Source: a bacterium (GTDB taxonomy: Bacteria; Arandabacterota; Arandabacteria; Arandabacterales; JALGWA01). Taken from it: DNA of 11,990 bases. Below the pieces are notes generated by a model. It was not told the origin of the DNA and ran no database searches. It saw only the letters and a list, made by a program, of their open reading frames with translations. The stretch spans positions 1 through 11,990 of the forward strand of contig JASFEA010000096.1 of the NCBI GenBank assembly GCA_050125095.1. Reading direction: 5' to 3'. A program made the position numbers and the translations under genes. Shown here in pieces: positions 1-6,964 of this stretch (positions within the stretch are counted from its first letter, which is position 1; the number at the start of each line of letters is the position of its first letter).

Positions 1-186
1 GGGCGGGAGAAGACGAGTCTCGTATATCTTATCCCCAACCATCTCCTCACATAGCCCCCCGGAAGCACTCATCCCAAGGCGCGATACCCCAGCCTCCCCG
101 ATCTCAATGTCAACCGTGTAGGCGTAAGCAAAAATCGGAAGGATCAGGATAAGAAATACAGCAGAACTCAATGAGAGTCTCTTCAT
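1..186 (-). CDS. 5' part of a secreted protein running off the window; probable paralogue of the C25 peptidase at 1450..6951
   Basis: Not in the ORF track. ATG at 186..184 has the SD AAGGAG 9 nt upstream and is followed by 62 open codons to the window edge: MKRLSLSSAVFLILILPIFAYA|YTVDIEIGEAGVSRLGMSASGGLCEEMVGDKIYETRLLPP. Classical Sec/SPI signal peptide (KR, hydrophobic core, AYA). The mature start resembles FIIDVEVG...VALLG...GALGEE...EFRALP of the 1833-aa protein. Confidence 0.85.
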   Translation of the reverse strand, partial: MKRLSLSSAVFLILILPIFAYAYTVDIEIGEAGVSRLGMSASGGLCEEMVGDKIYETRLLPP

Positions 187-195
187 CGCCGTGTG

Positions 196-201
196 CTCCT
201 T
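196..201 (-). promoter_or_regulatory. Shine-Dalgarno site for the gene starting at 186
   Basis: Plus-strand ctcctt reads AAGGAG on the minus strand, 9 nt before the ATG. Confidence 0.8.
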
Positions 202-216
202 GAGTTGTCACTCCAT

Positions 217-253
217 AAACGAAAATGGCGCTGCGCCCAGGCGGGCTGCGCCA
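217..253 (-). terminator. Candidate intrinsic terminator/attenuator hairpin in the 5' leader
   Basis: Minus strand TGGCGC-A-GCCC-GCCT-GGGC-GCA-GCGCCA followed immediately by TTTTCGTTT; lies between the promoter (334..306) and the SD (201..196). Confidence 0.5.
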
Positions 254-305
254 AGCTTTCTCATGGCAGAGGTTAGATTGTTTCCGCTCCATCTGACCAC
301 TATAT

Positions 306-334
306 ATTCTATCATGCATTAAGTCGCAAGTCAA
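306..334 (-). promoter_or_regulatory. sigma70-type promoter for the gene at 186..<1
   Basis: TTGACT (334..329), 17-nt spacer, TAGAAT (311..306), with an extended -10 TG (TGa-TAGAAT); AT-rich context; predicted start near 299. Confidence 0.75.
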
Positions 335-364
335 GCAGGTTGAATCCCTTAGACGCAGTTTGGG

Positions 365-447
365 TTGCGGCATCTCACAAAAGCTGCAATATAACACAGG
401 ATTACGGGATGCCGCGGGCGTCGCCCACGGCCGCCTGCAGCGTTTTG
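365..447. repeat. Cluster of three overlapping inverted repeats
   Basis: gcggcatc (367-374)/gatgccgc (408-415); gccgcgggc (411-419)/gcccacggc (423-431), with one G.U pair on the minus strand; caaaagctgca (378-388)/tgcagc-g-ttttg (436-447). Confidence 0.5.
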
Positions 448-474
448 ACAGCAAAATACAAAATCGGTGAGAAT
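445..474 (+). promoter_or_regulatory. Possible plus-strand (antisense) sigma70 promoter
   Basis: Perfect TTGACA (445-450), A-rich 18-nt spacer, GAGAAT (469-474; 4/6 match). Confidence 0.3.
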
Positions 475-541
475 TTAAGAATTTAAGTTTATCATAAGCC
501 CGGAGAGACCTCTCTACGCAAGCCCGCCGGACCTACCGGCC

Positions 542-1447
542 CTAGACCCGGCCGCGGAGATCCTCGATGAGGGCGATCATGGCCTCTTCGAACGTGGAAT
601 GCGTTCCCCAGGTGCCCGGGTCCCCGGGCTCGATGTCCACGGAGGGATCAATGACCCTGGCATGCCCGAGAGCCGCGACGAAATCGCCCCCGGCGGCAAG
701 CGCGATTATGAGCGAGTACCTGACGTCATCATCGGTGACGTCGTCATCGTGATCAAACACATACGAAGACCCGACCTCCTCGAGCGCCGCCTCCGCCGCC
801 TCAATGGCCTCATCGAAGGCCTCGGTGGCCTGATACAGGAAGGCCGCGGCTACCAAACAGTCACCCCTGTCGGGGTCTACGCCGAACGCCGCCTCAAGGG
901 CCGCTTCACATTCGGCGAACTCATACATATAGAGATGAGTCCATACCAGCCCCTCCAGAACCTGGATGTTATATGGCTCCAGCGCCTCCGCAGCCCGGAA
1001 TCTCGCCAGGCTCGAATCGTAGGCTCCATCCTCGAAAAAGTCCCACCCCTCACCGACGAATTTCCCGACCGGGCTTCCGGTGGTAAATGCCCTGTCGGAC
1101 GAGGCCACCATGTTCCCCGCTTCATCCGCCGAATAGACCCTGTAATGATAGAGGCTGAGCATGTCGAGGCCGGTGAGGTCGGCCGAATGGTTCTTCACAT
1201 ATGCGGCACTCGCAACGGAATCCGAGTAGGAAGTCGTCTTGCCGTACTTGACCATGGAGTTCGCATCTTCATCAGTTGACCATGTGACTTTGGCGCTCTC
1301 GTGGTCTATGCCCGAAGCGCTGGGGCCGCTGGTGATTATCGGTGGAGTCGTATCCGGCTCCGGGCCGCCCCCGCCGCCACCTCCACCGCCGCAACCCGAG
1401 CAGACTCCGATGATGAGCACGATGATTGGGAATAGTCGCTTTGTCAT
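542..1447 (-). CDS. Lipoprotein with an FN3-like domain and TPR-like helical repeats
   Basis: MTKR, hydrophobic core and lipobox-like VCSG-C, then a Gly9 tether. DTTPP...AKVTWSTDE...VKYG...H...LTGL...YHYRVYSADEAGN is an FN3/purple-acid-phosphatase-N-like fold. GWDFFEDGAYDSSLARFRAA, EAALEAAF..DPD and FDEAIEAAEAAL are TPR-like. SD GAGG overlaps the end of the upstream gene (2-nt gap). Confidence 0.8.
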   Translation of the reverse strand: MTKRLFPIIVLIIGVCSGCGGGGGGGGGPEPDTTPPIITSGPSASGIDHESAKVTWSTDEDANSMVKYGKTTSYSDSVASAAYVKNHSADLTGLDMLSLYHYRVYSADEAGNMVASSDRAFTTGSPVGKFVGEGWDFFEDGAYDSSLARFRAAEALEPYNIQVLEGLVWTHLYMYEFAECEAALEAAFGVDPDRGDCLVAAAFLYQATEAFDEAIEAAEAALEEVGSSYVFDHDDDVTDDDVRYSLIIALAAGGDFVAALGHARVIDPSVDIEPGDPGTWGTHSTFEEAMIALIEDLRGRV

Positions 1448-1449
1448 AT

Positions 1450-4400
1450 TTACCTCACGAAGATCACCTTATTTGACACAGAAGCCGACGAAGTTTCCGC
1501 GTTGACGAAGTATATGCCGCTTGAGACTCTGCGCCCGTCACCGTCCCGGCCGTCCCAGACCATATCGCCGGCGTTTCCGAGGCGGCCTTCGTACAGTTGC
1601 GACACAAGCCGCCCCCTGACATCGAAGATGCGCAGCCTCACATGCGCGTCCGGCGCGCCGGCAAGCGACACCCGGCATTCAACGGCGAACGGATTGGGGC
1701 CGGCCATATTTATACTCAGTCTCCCGGGAACGCGATTGCCGGTGGCGCCCAGCGCGTATATTCCGGGCGACGCGGCCTCCACACGAAGGTATTCGCCGTC
1801 CCTGAACTGGCGGTCGGCCTGTACCCATGCCCCGTCGAAAACGTAGACCGCCTGGCCGGGATCGGCCAGCGCGCGCAGGGTCAAGTCGCACTCGCCCGAA
1901 CCAAAGCAACAGACATTGTAAGCCTGCCCCGCCACGGGCGCCTCATCCCGTTCAAACTCGAGATGGCCGAGGTCGACGGGCAATATGCCCGTAACCGGCG
2001 CCCGCCCGGCCATGCCGGAATTCACCTCAAGCACGCCGTCCGGGCTGACCGCGACCAATTCTCCACCGACGAGCTCCGAGTATGTAAGTACGCGCTCATC
2101 AGCGCTGTAGTTGCCCGAAAGATCGGTGGAATATACGAATATCGTTTCGGCCGAGGCGGCCTCCGTCAGGTAATGCGCCCGGTAGGTCCTGTTCGCCATG
2201 GGCACGCTCTCTACCGCCAGAGCCTCCCTGCCGGATGCGGTCCGGATCTCGACAACCGGCGCGCTTTCGGTATATTCGCTGGGCGCAACGTAGATGTCCA
2301 GCGCGCGGTCCACAACCGTGCCCTGGAAGACGCCGAGAGTATAAGCCGGCGGCAGAGTATCGCCCGGCGTTTCGAATCCCGCAAGCCCGGTATGCCACAT
2401 GTCGTGGTGATACATCCCCCACGGCACGGCCTCATCCGAGTAGGCGGCCTCGAGGTCCCATACATGCACTCTGGCGTCATATCCCGCGACGACGAGCTCC
2501 ATGTCGCCGTCCATATCCAGGTCGTCTATGAGGGGACTTGCATATATGAAGCCGTCGATTCTTCGCGGAAAGCCCCGCGCGCGCGACCCGTCCGCATTGA
2601 CGCCGTATATATAAGCGTCAAGGCTGCAGCATATTATCTCCAGCTCACCGTCTTCATCGATGTCCGCGATTGCAGGAGAAGTAAACTCGAGCGAGCGCTC
2701 GCTGGTGAAGATCACCTCGTCTTCGCCGTAAGCGCTCCCGTCCCCGCGCAGCAATATCAGCCTGCCCGCGTCGGGGCCGAGACCGAAGGCTATCTCGAGA
2801 GCGCCGTCGCCGTCAAAGTCGGCGAGCGCGGGGTCCGACCAGCATGAGCCGCCGAGCTCGGCCACGAGTCCGTCGCCGCCCGCCGCCGGGCTACCGTCAT
2901 GGTTCCAAACATGCACGCGCCCGCGGTCGTTCACCGCTACCACTTCGGGTCTGCCGTCCCCGTCCACGTCGCCAACGGCCGGCGACGCCCAGAAGGCCCC
3001 GTTGGTGTCCCATATTATCAGGCTCGAATCCGGCAGGTACGCGCCGCCGTCCCACTTCCAAACGTACACGCCGCCCGACAGGTCCCCGACCAGCACCTCA
3101 GCCCGGCCGTCGCCGTCGAGGTCGGCCACGCATGGAGACGTCCATATCACGTTGTCGCACTGGCCGAAGGTGGGGCCGGTACCGAGATAGGGCGAGCCGT
3201 CGTAGCGGTAGACGTAAACGACGCCATACCCTTCAACCTTGCCCATTGTCCCGATTATTATCTCGGGGTGGCCGTCGTCGTCGAGATCGTAAATCGCAGG
3301 CGCCGCGCGTATGATCGAGCCGGCTGCCTGCGGCCACCCGGGCGCCCCGGGATCGAGGCCCGGGTTGTTTTCAGGAGTCACCGGAGTGCCGTCATGATTC
3401 AGGACCACGATCTCCTTGCAGCCGGAGCCGCCCTCGATTCCCATGCCTATGCCGAAGACGCACTCGAGCGTCCCGTCGCCGTCGAGGTCTGCAAGCGCGG
3501 GAGCCGATCTCACCTCGCAACTGCATACATAAGGGTAGCCGTACAGGGCTTTGCCGCTGATGTCTATCGCCGCCAGGTCCTGGCCTCTCGAGCCCACGAA
3601 TATCTCCTTCATGCCGTCATGGTCGGCGTCCCCCGCCACAGGGGAAGCCCATGCACCGCCGCGTATTTCGGCGGGGAATCCGGGCAGGTAAGGAGCCCCG
3701 GTCCAGGCCTGTATCTCGGGGGTCTCGCCGCTGGCATTGCCCATGTCGTCCCGGGCTACAACGCTGTAGTAATAATCTTCCTCGCCGCTCAAACCGCTGT
3801 CGACGAAACGCGAGTGGCCCCGGGCTATCCCGACGAGCCCGCTCTGGAGCGTCTCGCCGGACCGGTAGACTTCATAGTGGTCAACTCGCTCATCCTGGCT
3901 CGGCTCCCAGGCGAGTTCGATAAAATCGGGGCCGACTGAATAGGTCACGTCCCCGGGAGCGTCCACAGTTCTCTCGTATACCGTGTCGAGCCAGACCCTG
4001 CCGAAGGCGTCCCTGATCTCGACCTCGACCACGGGGCTCGATACGAATCCTGCGTGCCTGTAATCATCCCCCGCGCTGTAGGCGCCGCCGGCGAGATCGC
4101 CGTATGAACTCGCGCTGTCCACCATCGTAATGCCTTCAATCGACCGTACCGTGCCCGCAAGGCCCTTAAGACCGCCCTTGCCTGCATTGCGGATCCCGAT
4201 TGTGAAATCATAAGGGTAGCCCCCGAAGCCCGTGAAAACTTCCACCGCCGGCGACCCGTCGGCAGGCACGACGGGGAACCACTCGTAATATGTATTCGCC
4301 CCGCCGTCCTCCAGGGCCAGCTCGAACCAGACGGGAAGGCCGTCACCCGGTCCCCCATCGAACTCGACGTCGAAATAGCGGATGACCTCACCGCCGCCGA

Positions 4401-6951
4401 CATCGCCGTAAGTTTCCGCCGCATCATGAAGTATTACAGCACCGGCGTAGCCCGACTGGAAATCGAAACCGTCCTCGAAGTCATTCGTCGAGAGCCAGCC
4501 GGCGAGCACGAAATAGGTTCCACCGGCAATCAGCTTGTCATCATATTCCAGATGGTCGGTCCGGTGGCCGGTGACTTCGCCATGCACTTCAACGCTGCAC
4601 CTGTAGGCGCGAGTGGTCTCTCCGTCACCGTTCATGCGCACGTGCCAGCCGCGGGAGTCGAGCCAGATCCAGCAGCCCTGCTCCTCGCCCATATCGCGAG
4701 GGGCCCGGCCCAGCGCGTCCTCCCCGGCGCTGAGGCCGAACGGGATGGACGCGGGGCTCACGCCCGTACCGCCGACATAGACGGGAGGGTCCGCCCCGGG
4801 CCCGGAGAAGAATATATCGACCGACAGGCTGCAGCCGCTTATTGCGGCGAGCTCGCCCGAAAGACCGGCAAGCGTCCCGCTGCCGCCGTTGGTGACACCC
4901 ACGCCAAGACCCACGCGCTCACCCCAGCCGACCGAGCCGTCGCCGTCACCGACGTATGAACCCCCGTCCTGATCGTCGATTGCGATACTCGACACGTACG
5001 GGCGCCCGCCGCCTCCGGTCACCGTTATACTTCTCTCTTCAGGCAGGTAACCATCCCGGCTTACTGCGAGATCAACCGCGCCTGCGCCCAGGGGCCGAAA
5101 ACTCACGACGGCCTGTCCGGACGCGTCCGTGACCGCGGCCCCGTACTCGCCCCTCGCGCCCGCAAGAACGACCGTCGCGCCCTGGAGCGGGGAGCCGCCG
5201 GACTCGACCGCAACGCTGTAGAGACTGTCTCCCAAGGAGACGGTCGATGCCCCCGTCACTTCGAGGCCCGCGGGCGTGCCTTCCCATATCCTCAAGCAGG
5301 GATCGCCATAGAGCATGTTGTTAAGATATGCCCACCAGGAGGTCCTGGACTCAATGACGGCGAAGATCTGGCGCGGGATCGTCGTCACGAATCCGAGCGG
5401 CAGGTTGTCGCTCTCAAAAAGCAGCGAGAAAACCGCCTGCTCTAGCGCCAGCCCCCTTGACGGATTGGCGAATATCTGGTTGCCCATCAGTGCCACCGCG
5501 CCGCCGGTGGGGTTATGCATGAAGTTCTTGGCGATGCTCTCGACTTCGGGGCTCGCCGAAGCACAGTTCATCATGTACATGAAGAAGAAGGTGGAATCAT
5601 TGCTCAGGGAGTCCACCTGCCAGCGCCACATCATCTCGTCTCCGAGGTTCAGCCTGAAGAAGTCGCCATGACCGATATGGCTCACTATGCCGGCGCCCTG
5701 GTTCATGTAAGCCAGGCAGTTCTCAAGTGTCTCCGGAATCGACCCTTCATGGGCGGTGTAGTTCTGGTAGAGGCGGATCTTCTCGTAGTTTCCGGGGAAT
5801 TCGGCGAGTATGAGCTCGGCGGATTCCGCCCCGTCTACTGCCGTCTCCAGCATTTGCGCCATGAAGACCGTACGGTCATACCAGGTGCCCGGCTTGCCGC
5901 CGCGCCAATAGAGTATTGTCTTGTCGACGAACGTCCTGGCATCCTCGATATTCTCCACCGGCGCACGGCCTACGACTATGTCCGCGTACAGGTCCATGTC
6001 GTCGGTATTGGCACCATCGCCCTCGCCGAACAGGCCGTCGCCGTCGGCGTCCCAGGTGCCGTCAAGGTTGGAGTAATAGCAGTCCACCGGTATCTCATCA
6101 GAGGTATTCGCCGTATAGCCCCAAAGCCAGTAATACTCCAGAACGCGAATGGGCACCACGGAGGGGTCGCCGCCCAGAAGGGCGTAAACAGTCCCCCATT
6201 TCTGGTAGGCCTCACGGAGGAAGTTCCGGATTCTCTCGGGAGTGTCGACACCCGGATAACGCGCTTCTATCCAGTCGACCGTTTTCACCACGGTTCTCAC
6301 ACCCATCAGGTCGTGCCACTCCGCCAGGCGCTCGAACTCGGGGGCCAGCTGGTCACCGGTTACAATCACGCAGTCCACGGCGCTGCCGTCGAGGCCGGGG
6401 CGCTCCGTGATCCAGCCGGTCGCTTGCGTAACAGGCCACGCCCGGCTTTCGGAGAGGTCGACTCCCAGCGCCCGTCCCAGGGCGTTCCCCAGCATGCCGT
6501 CTGTCGTCTCTCCCCGCCTCAAGACCTCAAGCTCCGGGGCACCGGGCTCGCACTCGACGCTGAGGCGCATACTCTTCAGAACTTCGGGCCCGTCTTCCCC
6601 GGATCGCGCGGCCTCCACCACAATCATCATGATGTTGTAACCGAACAGCGTACCGCTCCCGACGAAAACGGGATCCTCAGCCGGGGCCGCGCCATCGGTC
6701 TCCTCAGCCTGATAACCCGTTTCCCCTGAGGCGGCCGGCATCCATTCATGGGAGACTATCTCGAAGTCCACCACTCTGGCGCCGGCCGGAAGCGCACGGA
6801 ACTCGATGAGCCGCTCCGGCGCATCCGCCCTCTCCTCCCCCAGAGCACCGCCCAGAAGCGCAACGTCCGGCCCGCGGCCGACCTCAACGTCTATTATGAA
6901 CCCGTGCGCGGCAACCGGTATTAGAACCATGAAGAGAAGCGTGAATCTCAT
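1450..6951 (-). CDS. Secreted peptidase C25 (gingipain-family) multidomain protein: signal, propeptide-like region, C25, Ig-like domains, FN3, FG-GAP propeller, FlgD/T9SS-type C-terminal domain
   Basis: Signal peptide ending AHG. C25 motifs VIVT...LAEWH...IRNFLR...YALLGGD, DCYYSNLDG, DIVVGRAPV, SHIGHG (His428, nt 5668-5670), MNCAS (Cys463, nt 5563-5565) and LYGDP. FN3: IELAWEP...YEVYRS...FVDSGL...YYYSVVARD. Eight DxDxDG repeats. C-terminal PNPF...IFDVRGRLV...WDGRD...SSGIYFV...KVIFVR. SD AAGGAG 9 nt upstream. Confidence 0.9.
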   Translation of the reverse strand: MRFTLLFMVLIPVAAHGFIIDVEVGRGPDVALLGGALGEERADAPERLIEFRALPAGARVVDFEIVSHEWMPAASGETGYQAEETDGAAPAEDPVFVGSGTLFGYNIMMIVVEAARSGEDGPEVLKSMRLSVECEPGAPELEVLRRGETTDGMLGNALGRALGVDLSESRAWPVTQATGWITERPGLDGSAVDCVIVTGDQLAPEFERLAEWHDLMGVRTVVKTVDWIEARYPGVDTPERIRNFLREAYQKWGTVYALLGGDPSVVPIRVLEYYWLWGYTANTSDEIPVDCYYSNLDGTWDADGDGLFGEGDGANTDDMDLYADIVVGRAPVENIEDARTFVDKTILYWRGGKPGTWYDRTVFMAQMLETAVDGAESAELILAEFPGNYEKIRLYQNYTAHEGSIPETLENCLAYMNQGAGIVSHIGHGDFFRLNLGDEMMWRWQVDSLSNDSTFFFMYMMNCASASPEVESIAKNFMHNPTGGAVALMGNQIFANPSRGLALEQAVFSLLFESDNLPLGFVTTIPRQIFAVIESRTSWWAYLNNMLYGDPCLRIWEGTPAGLEVTGASTVSLGDSLYSVAVESGGSPLQGATVVLAGARGEYGAAVTDASGQAVVSFRPLGAGAVDLAVSRDGYLPEERSITVTGGGGRPYVSSIAIDDQDGGSYVGDGDGSVGWGERVGLGVGVTNGGSGTLAGLSGELAAISGCSLSVDIFFSGPGADPPVYVGGTGVSPASIPFGLSAGEDALGRAPRDMGEEQGCWIWLDSRGWHVRMNGDGETTRAYRCSVEVHGEVTGHRTDHLEYDDKLIAGGTYFVLAGWLSTNDFEDGFDFQSGYAGAVILHDAAETYGDVGGGEVIRYFDVEFDGGPGDGLPVWFELALEDGGANTYYEWFPVVPADGSPAVEVFTGFGGYPYDFTIGIRNAGKGGLKGLAGTVRSIEGITMVDSASSYGDLAGGAYSAGDDYRHAGFVSSPVVEVEIRDAFGRVWLDTVYERTVDAPGDVTYSVGPDFIELAWEPSQDERVDHYEVYRSGETLQSGLVGIARGHSRFVDSGLSGEEDYYYSVVARDDMGNASGETPEIQAWTGAPYLPGFPAEIRGGAWASPVAGDADHDGMKEIFVGSRGQDLAAIDISGKALYGYPYVCSCEVRSAPALADLDGDGTLECVFGIGMGIEGGSGCKEIVVLNHDGTPVTPENNPGLDPGAPGWPQAAGSIIRAAPAIYDLDDDGHPEIIIGTMGKVEGYGVVYVYRYDGSPYLGTGPTFGQCDNVIWTSPCVADLDGDGRAEVLVGDLSGGVYVWKWDGGAYLPDSSLIIWDTNGAFWASPAVGDVDGDGRPEVVAVNDRGRVHVWNHDGSPAAGGDGLVAELGGSCWSDPALADFDGDGALEIAFGLGPDAGRLILLRGDGSAYGEDEVIFTSERSLEFTSPAIADIDEDGELEIICCSLDAYIYGVNADGSRARGFPRRIDGFIYASPLIDDLDMDGDMELVVAGYDARVHVWDLEAAYSDEAVPWGMYHHDMWHTGLAGFETPGDTLPPAYTLGVFQGTVVDRALDIYVAPSEYTESAPVVEIRTASGREALAVESVPMANRTYRAHYLTEAASAETIFVYSTDLSGNYSADERVLTYSELVGGELVAVSPDGVLEVNSGMAGRAPVTGILPVDLGHLEFERDEAPVAGQAYNVCCFGSGECDLTLRALADPGQAVYVFDGAWVQADRQFRDGEYLRVEAASPGIYALGATGNRVPGRLSINMAGPNPFAVECRVSLAGAPDAHVRLRIFDVRGRLVSQLYEGRLGNAGDMVWDGRDGDGRRVSSGIYFVNAETSSASVSNKVIFVR
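2390..3685 (-). repeat. Eight FG-GAP/VCBS-type protein repeats (beta-propeller) within the C25 protein
   Basis: SPVAGDADHDGMKEI, APALADLDGDGTLEC, APAIYDLDDDGHPEI, SPCVADLDGDGRAEV, SPAVGDVDGDGRPEV, DPALADFDGDGALEI, SPAIADIDEDGELEI, SPLIDDLDMDGDMEL; closed by WGMYHHDMWHTG. Boundaries approximate. Confidence 0.85.
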
Positions 6952-6964
6952 CGGGTCTCTCTCC

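Noticed and set aside
255..292. GGAAACAAT in the leader resembling the start of a c-di-GMP-II riboswitch
   Set aside because: The remaining conserved elements and pseudoknot are not apparent; an Rfam scan would settle it.
110..454. 114-aa minus-strand ORF from the track
   Set aside because: It runs through the promoter and leader and overlaps, out of frame, the better-supported gene at 186 (SD, signal peptide, paralogy); no recognisable motifs.
526..540. gccgg-accta-ccggc hairpin right after the lipoprotein stop as a terminator
   Set aside because: Only a 5-bp stem and no U-tract.
860..870. RGD tripeptide in the lipoprotein
   Set aside because: A single tripeptide in a TPR turn is expected by chance.
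1364..1390. Gly9 run as a phase-variable microsatellite
   Set aside because: Mixed Gly codons (ggc/ggt/gga/ggg) point to a protein-level linker, not a slippage tract.
2390..3685. Recurrent gccgtcg/gtcgaggtc DNA motifs as a CRISPR or DNA repeat
   Set aside because: They are degenerate and explained by DxDxDG codons of the FG-GAP repeats; there is no constant repeat-spacer period.
1597..3939. Long plus-strand ORFs (1597..2847, 2899..3939; also 599..1279, 5515..6729, 7334..8485, 10243..11178)
   Set aside because: They lie antisense to motif-supported genes and are the expected shadow ORFs of high-GC codon usage; no family motifs.
4442..4833. Insert as an intein
   Set aside because: It starts with Cys but has no intein block B (TxxH) and no terminal His-Asn followed by Cys/Ser/Thr.
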